64,000 bases of DNA. Source: Marsupella aquatica. Lineage: Eukaryota; Plantae; Marchantiophyta. Shown one piece after another: positions 48,231 to 60,600 of the stretch (position 1 is the first letter of the stretch; each line of letters starts with the position of its first letter). A program made the position numbers and the translations under genes. The stretch spans positions 248,001 through 312,000 of the forward strand of contig OZ316896.1 in the NCBI GenBank assembly GCA_973895155.1, written 5' to 3'. Under the pieces are notes generated by a model. The model did no database searches. It saw only the letters and a list, made by a program, of their open reading frames with translations, and was not told the origin of the DNA.

Positions 48231-49954
48231 TAGATTTAATGCACGGTTGAGTTCATATCTCAAGCTAGATATAGTCATCTCACTAGTGTAGCCCTATCAA
48301 CATCATACGTGGGCTTGTCCAAATTGAACTTTGTGCTTATAATTATAAATTACCTGGAGATGCATCAATTGATTTCATGTACAGGTAAGCAAAAAAACTT
48401 GCTTCAAATCACACATAAAAATACTCATTGAAGGACACATGGGTGAGAAAATATGATGTGAGAAAATATGATGTTGACATGATTGTTTAATCATGCCCTA
48501 ACCCCAAAGATTTTACCTTTGACTATGTCCCCTCATTATTGATCATCTCAAAACTTGATACCCATTACTAACTTTATATGTATATACAACTACCAATAAT
48601 TGAATTCACCTATTTTCTACAAAAAAATTAATATATTTATTTACATATTTTTCTATATTTATTTAATTACCTTGTGTCTTTCTTACTTGAATCTACAAAT
48701 TGTTTATTTACCATAAAATAGTATGTTGGTACTTAGTTGTGGCACCTGGTTGAGGGTTTCTGGGGTTAGACTAGTAGAGAGAGGGTTTAGGGTTTAAACC
48801 CTAACTTGTGAGAGCACTTCATTGTGCTCATACTTAGATATTAGTTTCACGAGTGGAATACTTAGATATTAGTTTCACGAGTGGAAACTAAGAGGGAGAG
48901 AAGAGGATTGTAGTAGAGTAGCTCTCGAACTTACTAGGCTAAGTATGGCAAATGTATTTATTATGCATCATAATTCTTCTCTTGGATGTAGCCTAGACAG
49001 AGAAAATTGAAATCATGCCGTGTTTCAGCCAGACAGCCAAACCCCTGCCAAAACAACTTTACATAATTGGGCGTTACAAAACTTTTGTTGTGTACTAGGT
49101 GCCCTCTAACACCTTTGTGTCAAATGTTCTTGAATGTGACATTTCCTATAAGGTGTTAGATCAATTTTTAACATATAAGCAATCCAAAGTGAGTGCTCTT
49201 TTCCTCATGACCACTACAGTAAAATTTACAAGGCAGATTGACTGTTCATTGAAGTAACAGTATATGACAAATAATCCAAGCAAGACAATGTAAAGAATGC
49301 TTTCCCATTAGGCACATACGAGAGTCATGGGGCATAGATATACCTTTGTAGTCCTTCACAATAAATTTGATACTTAGGGAATGAAGGTTACTGCTGTGTA
49401 ACCATTTTTGCATGGAGGTTTCCATAGGCTCCTATCTGAGAATTCATGATTGTTAATTATTTGTAGACCATATTTACAATGACAGTCTGGTTTGACTGGG
49501 ATTCTAAGGCCCAACTTGTATGTTGGGTTCGCAGAAATGCAGCCCTTAAGAGACCGCAAAATGTTAGGGAAAAAGAAACAACGGTTCTTATCAGGTGTGA
49601 AGTGGCCAGTGGTCCCTTTTTGTCGGTTTGGAAGCATGGGTTATATAGGGTACAGTTTGCAGGGTCACTTGCGTAGGATTCACTATACCTGCAAATATCG
49701 GCACTACCAAACTACCCTAAAAGCTGTCTCACTTCCATGGCAAGTGAGTCGACAAACTGACAGTGCGGGGTTCAATCTTGAGAATATTTAAGTGTCCACA
49801 AAAAATCATTCCATAACTAGTGGGCAATGAAGAGGTGTAGTAGCAAAGACAATGTTGAGCTGGTGACGCACACTAAGGACTTAGACTAGCATTGGGAGCT
49901 AGTCGGGCCATGGGAAGGGCCGAGCTTAGGGTGGACTATCCATAACCCCGGACG

Positions 49955-50297
49955 TGTTAGGTATTTACTCAAGGTCTAGGGTTACGGCATGTAACCGTAG
50001 TTAGACTAACCGTAGTCGGAGACGTGGTTAGGTTAACTAGGATGCACACTATATGCCAAGCGGTGTTTGCTTGGATAAATGGAACTTAGGCTCATTGTTA
50101 CGGAGCCACTTGAGAGATGAGGAGAACTTACACTGTGGAGACTTGGTTTAGCCGACGGGCTTAGAATTCAATAAAGCTCTCTTGTGTGTTCCCGTGGACG
50201 TAGCCTTGAGGAGGTGAACCACGTATCTCTTGTGTCAACTACTAGCGCGTTGGATGTGTCATGTGCTTACCGTTACGAGTGTCGTCTATGCTCAACA
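49955..50297 (+). repeat. Copia 5' LTR
   Basis: TG..CA, about 14 differences (by eye) from 56595-56937; followed by PBS TGGTATCAGAGC (tRNA-iMet) at 50300-50311. Confidence 0.96.
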
Positions 50298-52256
50298 ATT
50301 GGTATCAGAGCATGCTTGGGAGGTGACATTGTTCGTGACGGGATTTTGTGATGGTTTTTTCCAGCATTGAGTGTCGGTGGATTTTCCGGAGTTCCGTTGC
50401 ATGGAACTTGGAGTTTATGGGCTCAACGAATAGATCGGGGTAAGGGCTTTCTAACGGTGCAAAGAAATCGCTGAACGGAGATCATGGTGCGGAGAGATCT
50501 AAGTTTTCGTCGTTCTGGAATTTGTGAAGAAAGTTGGCAACATTCGTGTTCAACGGTTTTTCGAAGGAGGGACCAGAGTTTGTTTTCCCGACAGTGTGAG
50601 CTCTACGGTGAAGGAGGCGTTGCATGCTGTAGCTCTGCTTGTAGATCGGGACGAGCTGATCGTTTTGGTAGATGGTTTGTTGCCGAGTGTGTAACAAGTG
50701 CGTCACAACGAGCAAAAGAAGCATTCTGATTTTCTGACCGGCTATGGAGTCCTCTTTTGCCTGAGCGGGGTTTCTCGTCATTGCGCTCGACTCGGAGGGA
50801 GAGACGTGAAGTGCTTGGGCTGAACGGATAGATCACGAAGAGGTGATCGTTTTGAGTCCAAGATTGACGATTTCGCCCACGGGAGGAAGGAGTTCTGAGT
50901 TTTTGCCACTGATTGACCAGCAAACGGTGCGGGTGCGCAAATCTTTCCAACCCACCGACATCGGTTTCTGATTCCTCACCATAATCCGAACGTTACAAGG
51001 TGCAAGCTCTTTTTGTTTGATGTCCACAAGCATTTTTGGATTTCTTACGGGCCAATTTTTTGTTCGAAAAATACTCCATTTACGCCTCTCTCTCTCTCTC
51101 TAGAGACCTCCATCGCACATTGGAAGGAAATTTTTCTTTGGGGCCCCTTGCCGGTGATGAGTGTGAATTCGGCTTCTTTCGTGGTTATTTCCTTTGTATT
51201 TTCAGGGGTCAACCCCCTTTTGTGTGTTTATACACACACATTTGTGTGTGCACACACACAAACGTGTGTGTATACACACGTCTTTACCCCCACCCCACCC
51301 CCTCATCGACACGCGTCCCTCCCTGCACCCCGGATACGCGAGCTGCAGCCGCGACTGCATTCACGACCAAAGCGCCGGCCGACTGCTTCTTTGCCCCCAT
51401 GTCAGCGCCGGTCCTCCCTCACCCTCTCGCAGGTTGCCACTCCATCGCGGCCCTTCACGCAGTCGACGACTGCTTCCTGCAGCCGTTTTGCGGCTGCTCC
51501 TCCCGACAGCCCCGTGCGACCCCGCCCTGTACGCGCCCATCCACACGACCCCCACCCCCCTTTTTTTAAAGCCCGATTTAATAAAGGGGATTTAAACCCC
51601 CTTTAGCCCCTATCTTTTACTCTTTTTCCTGGTTTCTGATTGGTAGTCGCATCTCGGGACCTGCCGCCCTCCACTTTAACTGCTTGGACAGGGGGAACTG
51701 CCCCCTGTGAGCCCTGCTGTTCTATGCGAGAATATTCCTAAAAAATAGAGAGCGTGCTTTTGGCCGTCCGTCGAAGATTCTGTCCGCCGAATGGTAACTT
51801 TTTTGGTTCATCTTCGGCAAGTTGCTAGCCATCAGAGTTGGCAACGCGGTGCACAAAATGAATTGCATTTCCAACGTCGGGTACTAGTTCACATTTTGGT
51901 TATTCCCCGAGGTGGTCAAAACGGGGGAGAATTCCAAGTTTTACCCACCCCGACCAAAAAGTGAATAACTTTTACGTCGGAGTTTGGTTTTGATTCTGGT
52001 TTTCAACATTGGAGAGCTAGGTTTGTGGGCTACACAGCGGTGATAAGTTTTGAGTTTTTTTGAAGAAGTTGAAAAATATTATTTTTTCTTGCATTCTCAC
52101 ATGAATGATTTGGAGGAGATTTTCGAAGAAATGGATCTTGAAGCACGAGGATCACCACGACGGTTTGAGGAGGAGTGAGAGGAGCAGGAGGAAGCGCACA
52201 TGACACCGGTACAATCACCGGTGCAGCGCGTAGAGGGGATTGTGAAGGAAAAACAT

Positions 52257-55200
52257 ATGGCATCCAGTTTTGGAGGTGTCAAGTTTGAGGTGGAGAAGTA
52301 TGATGGGCGTACGGACTACTTGCTCTAGGAGAAGCAAGTGAAAGGAGTTCTTCGCGCTATGGGCCTAGATCATCTTCTCTCTACACGAGAGATGTACGAT
52401 GATGAGGAGGAGATTCCACTCAAGAGGTGGAGGCAAGAACAAGTAATTGCAGTGAATGCGGTGATGCTTTATCTGAAACCGCATATCATCAAGAAGTTGG
52501 ATGACTACGCGGATTGTGCATCTCTGTTCAAAGCCCTAAGGGAAAAGTACTATCGGGAGGATGCATCAGATCGATTGTATAAGAAGTCTCTCTTGATGAG
52601 GCTTAGGCTCAAAGAGGGGAACAAACTCCAGGATCACTTGGATGAATTTGACAGCCTAGCTGTTGATTTGTCTAATCTTGGTAAGGGCGTTGAAGAAGAG
52701 GACAAGGGCTTGCTTCTTCTCAGCTTCTTACCCCCATCTTATCAGGGTTTGAAGCAGGTTCTCTTGTATAGAGACTTGAAGTCTATTTCATACGATGAGG
52801 TGGTAAGCTCTTTGCTGTCAGATGATGCACAGAAGAAGTTGGGTCAAGCCCAGACAGCATCGTCTGAATCTGGTGCTGCCTTGAATGTGAATCGTGGGAG
52901 GTCACAGCGGCGTCCTGAGCAGCGCACGAATGGCAAGGGACGAAGTAAATCTAGGACAAGATTTGCTTCAAGGGGGAAGTCCCAAGAGAGAAAGCCAGTA
53001 GTCTGCTAGAAGTGTCACAAGGTTGGTCACGTTAAGAGGGATTGTAAGGGTAAGATAGCTGAATCTTCATTAGCCATGTGGCTAGTGCTGATGGAGAAGT
53101 TGATTTACTCAATGATGAGTATGTTTTATGAAGTTAGGAGTATGCCCTGTGCACATCATCTAGGAGAGCAAATGATGTGTGGATTCTTGATTGTGCTTGC
53201 TCTTTTCACATTTGTTACATTTGCGAGTATTTCAATTCTTATTCTGTGTCAAACGGTTCAGTTTTGATGGGAAATGATCACTCCTGTCGAGTTGAGGGTA
53301 TTGGGTCTGTAAAGATTCAAATGTTTGATGGCATTGTGCGCACAGTGTTCGGAGTCAAGTTTGTACCTGGCATGCGTAAGAATTTGATTTCACTCGGTGT
53401 GTTGGATACAAATGGTCATCAATGGCGAGTAATTGATGGTGACCTTCAAGTCATGTCGGGAGAGACAATGATTTTGAAGGGGAGCAGACAAAAGAATCTG
53501 TATGTGTTGCAGGGCAATACAGTATGTGGAGAGGCCAATGTAACCAAGTCTCACAAGGAAATGACTCAACTGTGACATTCACGGCTAGGCCACATGAGTG
53601 AGAAGGGTTTGGCTATCTTGCGGAAGAATAGGCTCATTTCTGATTTGCAGTCTTGTAAATTGGATTTCTGTGAGCATTGCATTTTTGGAAAGTAGCATCA
53701 TCGTGCTTTCGGTGTTGGAACTCATCGTTTCAAAGCGGTTCTTGAGTACATACATAGTGACGTGTGGGGACCATCCCCAACTTCCTCACATTCTGGAAAA
53801 TTGTACTATGTATCCTTCATTGATGATTACTCAAGATTTGTATGGATTTATTTCATGACGCATAAGTCTGATGTCTTGTCCATTTTTACAAACTGAAAGG
53901 CCCAAGTGGAGAATCAGACAGGAAACACTGTTAAGTGTTTGGATACAAGGGTGACGAGTCTAAGGTCAGACAACGGCGGGGAGTACACTTCAATAGAATT
54001 TGAAGAGTATTGTGCAGAATAGGGGATAACTCGCCATCTCACCACAGTTTATACTCCGTAGCAGAATGGTGTCGCTGAGAGGCTCAATCGAACACTATTG
54101 GAGTGGTCACGGAGTATGCTGAGCCAATCAGGTTTATCACAGGAATTTTGGGTAGAAGTTGTCAATACTGCAACTTATTTGGTAAATCTTTCTCCTTCTA
54201 GTGCAATCAATTTCAAAACGCCGTTTGAAATGCGTTATAAGCGGCAAGAAGACTATCATGGCTTGGTAGTTTTTGGAAGTGATGCATATGCTCTCACACC
54301 AAAGTAGAATAGGACCAAGTTGGATCCTACGTCCAAGAAATGTATTTTTCTTGGGTATCAGAGTGGTGTGAAGGCCTACGGGCTATGGAATCCTATTGCC
54401 TGTAAGCTCGTTGTCAGTAGGGATATTTTTCTTCAATGAATCCAGATTATTGAAGGAGGGGAAGAATACTCAGATCTCCCGTACTGACAAAGGAAAATCT
54501 CCTATCCCGGATCTCGTTGAGGGGGAGATTGATCATGAGGTACATGATCGGAGAGAAGAAGGTCCTCCAAGCATGGAACTGGTTCCTGTGCCAGAGGAAC
54601 AAGAGGAGTTTGTTGATGCTGGTGAGCAACAAGTGGATGCTGCTGAGCTTCAAATTGTACCAGTAGACGCAATTCAACCGGAGTCATCGACTAGAAGAAC
54701 ATCTGGTCGCACTGTATGCGCTCCTCCTAGGTATGGACAGTGGGTTGATTTATCTCAATTGCAAGAGGACGATTTTGCAGTTGATGATGAGGGTGATGCG
54801 TTGGTTTTGGAAGAAGGGGAGCCTTCTTCATTTCATGAGGCAAGTGCTTCTAAGGAGAATCAGGAGTGGACTGCAGCAATGCAAACGGAGATGCAGTCAC
54901 TGAAGGACAACAAAACTTGGGAGCTTGTTAAGCTACCTAAGGGTCAGCAAGTGGTGGACAACAAGTGGATTTACAAGCTGAAGGATAATTCCGTAGGAGG
55001 TGGATCGAAGGTCTACAAGGCTAGGTTGGTAGCAAAGGGATTCACACAAGAGAAAGGTGTGGATTACAATGAGGTCTTCTCACCAGTTGTTAAGTACTCT
55101 ACAATACGGCTATTGTGTGTGCTTGTTGTAATGTTTGGTCTGCTGCTAGATTAGATGGATGTTGTCATAGCTTTCCTCTATGGCACCTTGGAAGAGGTGA

Positions 55201-56402
55201 TCTTCATGAGATAGCCGCTAGGTTTTGTGAAGAGAGGACAGGAGGAATTGGTTTGCAGATTGCTGAAATCCTTGTATGGGTTGAAACAGTCACCAAGACA
55301 GTGGAACAAGCGGTTTGACGATTGGATTCGGTCACAAAGTTTTCACAGGAATGTGTTTGACCCTTGTGTATATTTGAAACCGGTGAAGAATGTTGTCTTT
55401 GGGTTCATTGTTTTAGTACTTTATGTGGATGACATGCTTATTGCGGCCAAGGATAGGTCTGAGATTGTTAAGCTTAAGGCACTGCTAAGTGCAGAGTTTA
55501 AGATGAAGGACCTAGGGCCAGCTAAGAGGATTTTGGGTATGGAGATCACTAGGGACTTGGAGGCTGGTACTATGGTTGACACAGAGCAGTTATGCGAGGA
55601 AGGTAATTGCTAGGTTCAACATGGGGGATAGTAAGCCAGTAAGTACCCCTTTGGCTGCACACTTCAAATTGTCATCAGCTTTTTGTCCCACAGATGCGAT
55701 AGAGAAGGGGCTGATGTCAAAGGTTCCTTATGATAAGGCAGTGGGAAGTCTCATGTATTTGATGACTTGCACTAGACCTGATCTTGCCATGGCTATGGGC
55801 AAGGTGAGCAGGTACATGTCGAATCTAGGGAAGGTACACTGGGAAGCAGTGAAGTGGATTATCAGGTACTTGAAGGGTACCGTGGATCATGGTCTTTTAT
55901 TTGATGCAAATGCAAAGAATGCGAGATCATTTATTGGCTATGTAGATTTTGACTATGGACAAGATCTGGACCGAAGGAGATCAACATAGGGTACGTGTTC
56001 ACACTTGACGGTGGATGCATAAGTTGGAGGTCTACTTTGCAAAAGTGTATTGCTCAATCTACTACAGAAGCGGAGTATATTGCAGCAGCGGAAGCAGCAA
56101 AGGAAGCGATTTGGTTGGTTAAACTTATCACTGAAATGGGATTGCCACAGGGGAATGTGAAGCTCCATTGTGATAGTCAAAGTGCGCTCCACCTTGCTGT
56201 GAACCAGGTGATGGACAGTAAAGTGAAGCACATAGACGTTAGGTACCATTTTATCAGGCAGGCTGTGTCTGATAATTTGTTTGAGCTAGTCAAGATAAAC
56301 GGTAAACTCAACCCAGCTGACACATTTACCAAAATGATTCCTTCGGAAAGTTTCTCTAGACATCGTGATGTGCTGCAGGTTTTGCAATTGCGTCACAAGT
56401 AA
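52257..56402 (+). pseudogene. Copia gag-pol with many stops and frameshifts
   Basis: KFEVEKYDG gag, WILDCACSFH protease, HSDVWG/SDNGGE integrase, [10 protein letters not shown] and YVDD RT, STTEAEY..HIDVRYHF RNase H. Confidence 0.95.
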
Positions 56403-56594
56403 GGGTTTTTCTTAACATTCGCTGTAATTACTGATATATGCTCTTTTTCACTCCTAGTAATAGGCTATGACTTAGTTCTGGTTTGCTCTAGTTAGAGAGG
56501 GGAAACCATGTTGGTTTTCGTCCAAAACTTCCCGCTGAGGAATCATATAGGTTAGCAGTATTACCCTCCCCTAGACCAGAGTCAAGGGGGAGAT

Positions 56595-56937
56595 TGTCAG
56601 GTATTTACTCAAGGTCTAGGGTTACGGCATGTAACCGTAGTTAGACTAACCGTAGTTGGAGACGTGGTTAGGTTTACTAGGATGCACACTATATGCCAAG
56701 CGATGTTTGCTTGGATAAGTGGAACTTAGGCTCATTGTTACGGAGCCACTTGAGAGATGATGAGAGCTTACACTGTGGAGACTTGGTTTAGCCGATGGGC
56801 TTAGAGTTCAGTAAAGCTCTCTTGTGTGTTCCCGTGGACGTAGCCTCGAGGAGGTGAACCACGTATCTCTTGTGTCAACTACTTGCGCGTTGGATGTGTC
56901 ATGTGCTTACCATTATGAGTGTCGTCTATGCTCAACA
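56595..56937 (+). repeat. Copia 3' LTR
   Basis: Preceded by PPT AAGGGGGAGAT (56584-56594); followed by TSD GGACG. Confidence 0.96.
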
Positions 56938-57367
56938 GGACGGACTTTGAGTTTAATATGAGGGTTTGAGTGAGAGCTCCTCTTGGACCCAAGGCCAAAG
57001 AAGTTTATTTCATGCGCAATAGATGTTTGACGCATGGGTTAAAGCACGGCGCAGGTGTAACCGTCTGAGACCCTCGACTGGCGACGGAATTTGAGGGCCT
57101 AGGCATGAGCACCATGTTGGCCCAATCACCACGGGCTAAGACATTTTACTTATGTATGTCTACTTAACTAGAAAGTTATGGGCATAGCAAGTTAGTTATG
57201 TGCTCGGTTATGTGTCAATGCGATCAGGTGAGAGTCCTGGTTGAGGGCCAAATATAAGGGACCAAAGTTGGTCCAATTAATAGGTTTTCAGAAGCATATA
57301 TGAAGAGTGATGTCCCCTAGGGGCCAAGGGCAAACCCAAGCTGTGAGCTACGACGATCTCAACACTA

Positions 57368-57651
57368 TGTGTTAGTTGACTCAAGTTCCCAACTTTAGTT
57401 AGTTTGGCCTTACTAGGGTTAGTTAACCCTTGGGTTACATTTAGATAAGATTCATTTAGATTAGGCCCACACATGCAGGCCCCCTTGCGGAGTATAGGTT
57501 GGAGGGAGAGTAATGTTCACATGTACTTTCTCATGAACTATGGTTCCTTCATTAGTTTATCCATTGTGGTGTCTTGTTTATGTAGTGAGATTAAGTGTTC
57601 CGCATTGTTGTCTAGTCTAGAGACAAAAGTGTTTTACAAGTGGTATTAGAG
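57368..57651 (+). mobile_element. Orphan LTR plus Met-type PBS of another, truncated LTR element
   Basis: TG at 57368 where similarity to the 20.7-kb repeat stops; CA at 57637-57638 then AG-TGGTATTAGAG. Confidence 0.6.
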
Positions 57652-60600
57652 TTTCTTGTTAGTGGTTCAGTGGCGTGGGCAGTTGTGAGATCTGAGCGTT
57701 CATTTGTGTTGGATTGTGGTGAAAGATTAAATTGTCATTGACAATTGCGTGATCATCATTTCAGTGGCCATTTTACATTGAATGTTTTTGTGGTTGCAAG
57801 AGGTGAAGATTTCCCAATTGAAACTTTGTTGAAGGATTGGAGTACCTTGTTAGTGCGGTTCCAAAAGGTACCATTGGGAGGACAGTCCAGCGGACACTTT
57901 GTATGGGTGAAAGTTTCACAGTTTGTTATCCGTTGAGTGCAAAGCGGGGGAGCATTATCTCTCGTCTGAGTTTTTATCGTGGAGCAGCACTTCGATGTAC
58001 TTGTCTGTCAAAGTTACCGGTGTCGTAGAACCAAAGTTGAAAGTTACCGGTCTTAGAACCAAAGTTACCTGTCTGTAAGGATTTCTGCAGGTCTCTGCTA
58101 TATCTCCTAAATCTCATGCCCAGAAATAATCTCATACCGTAAACTGCTTCTGCATAAACTGAAGCACAATACAGCATGTTTTGGGATCAATCTATTTGTT
58201 TTTACTACAATGATATTTGGAGATTGGCTGTGATTGCCTCGGACACTGTCAAAAACTGTTTCCTGCGAATGATATTTGTCTTTTCGGTCCTTCGGTTCTA
58301 AAAAGAGACCATGAGAGTTTATTCGTCGAATTCGCTAAAGATGTGATGTTATTGCGCTTAGTCACTGACCAGCAACTGAAATCAAAGAACCTGTATTATG
58401 AACATGGATATACATATATGAGTGGATTTCATAGTATGCCCATTTCAACAGCAAGAAGGAATCAAGATGGAGTCCGGCTGGAAATTGCCGAGGTACGCAT
58501 GTAGAGCTAAGTTTGTCCTCTGAATGTTCGTGCAAGATCTAGCACTTTGAGACGCTCAATATCCTAATAATTTCATTTCAAGCACGTATTCCAGATTGAT
58601 GTCTCTGTTTGTGATCATGACTGGAAAATAAGGTTCTGAGCATTACAGTTCTTCTGAATTTGAGTTCTCCATCAGAGTAGCCATATGAGTGTAAGACCCT
58701 TGCTGCCTCGAATCATCTCGAAATTCTGATTACTCACGTCGGCCAACGATTCAGAAAGTGGAACTTGTTAGCCCCTCGGATGCGGTTATTTATGCTGTCT
58801 GCTCAATTCGAGAATTGGAATTGGACGATGCACACTCGGTAAGAGGCAGACGTGCACATTACGAGTCTCTTTCTCGGACGTTCTCTCCTCAGGATTGAAC
58901 CAACTCGCTTGGCTTAAACTTGTGGACCTTAAAAAGCTGACTTCAACTTCCTAGTAGACATAAGACAAATTTCTCTTACAATGTTAAAATTTTGCAACGC
59001 GTTAATTGCGTTTTAGTCTTGACAAGACAGCTTCGCATGCAGCTACTCTACAATATAGGATCCCTGGAAGCAATATCGCAAGTGACGGCGGAACCTTTCG
59101 CATGAAAGGCCACTGCTGTCGTGGCATGGAGTTTTTCAGGAATGACACCCACAACCGGAGATCAGACCTCACTCGAGTAAGCAGACATAAATAATGCACT
59201 GCCCACACCTTTCAAAGTACTCTTACTTCGTGATTGATTGTTCATTGTGATACGCGAAGATCAGAGCTGTACAGCTCTGACCTTGCCACACACAGCTCCT
59301 TACAATTCGCCCTAAATGGTGGCAGATATTCGAGCAGACATTGTGCCGCAGAAATAACAAAGTCATCAAGGTTCGTCATAAAGTGTCTTACCAAGAAATC
59401 CCCGCAATGATGAGGCGGGGGACCCCTGTCAAAGTATATTTAAATTCTTCATCTTCTTCATGTTAATCTTTCAGCTGACAACGAAGCGGGCGATGTGGCA
59501 GTGTGCAAGTTAAGTCCTTGGGCTCACATCACGAGCAATAAGTCCAAAGCTAAAGAGTTCACATTCAGGACCTGTGATGGGATTATCATGTTGCAATCCA
59601 GAATCTGGCAGCAACCACGGTTTTGTTGCGAATCGCACCTACCCACAAATAAACGGGAAGATCTTTGTCACTGACAAAACTCGCGCGATGTGTTAGAAGG
59701 GCGTTCACTCTGAATCTACAGACTGCTCATTAAAAAAGATACAACAAATTTTAATCATGAGCGGAGGCCCTCCGCCACCTTGCCTTAACGTTTATTGTGG
59801 AAACGGTTTTTGGGGTACTTGATTGAAGATGCTAGTGTACTTCAAAAACGTAAGTAAACAGTTTGCGGTTTACGCGGGATATACCTGCGTTAACTCAAGT
59901 CCAAGGATTGATTCAATTCACGAACGGGCTCGTAATGAAGATTTGAGTCAATACTTGAATATGAATATCGACGTGCTCTTGTCGACAGGCCAGATTCAGG
60001 GCTTAGTTTGAAAACAATGCTCACATGTCAGAACCTTCCCGGTATGGTTGAGCATGTTCCCGAAATCGGAGGGGAACACATCTAAAACTTAAATGCATAG
60101 GAAACCGAATTTGTTAAGATCTCTCGTAGGGAGAACAACTCACTAGGGCATCGTCGCTGGTCATTGGTTCTGGTCGTCATGGTTTGATAACAATTTATCC
60201 ATACTGTCACAAGAGAGGTGATGGAATCGAGCGCTTATGACATAGGAGCACAAAGTACCTAGGGAATTGCAACACATTGAAGAACCATGAGTAGACGCAG
60301 CGAGTTGTAGAAAAGATTAGTAACCAATAACAAGCCTTAGCAAAATCAGTCTTCAATCAAATAAGACTGAAGACTAAAGTGGAGTGAGTCACAAATTTTG
60401 ATAAAGAATATTTCGGGGCAACGTAAAAGAGATTCGAAGTAATTGAGGTGTCTGAATTGTGAATACTTTTACATGAGCTTGGGTCAACTGGACTGAAGAT
60501 TTGCATTGGGAAAATTCAGGTACATTGAAAAGATCAATTGTGCATCATCACGAAACTGAGCTGTATATGTATTTGACATAAGCTGGACTAGTACATGGTT

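Larger units (their letters stand above)
49955..56937 (+). mobile_element. Full-length, mutated Ty1/Copia retrotransposon (Tork/Tnt1-like)
   Basis: 343-bp TG..CA LTRs, TSD GGACG (49950-49954, 56938-56942), PBS, PPT, gag-PR-IN-RT-RH order. Confidence 0.97.
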
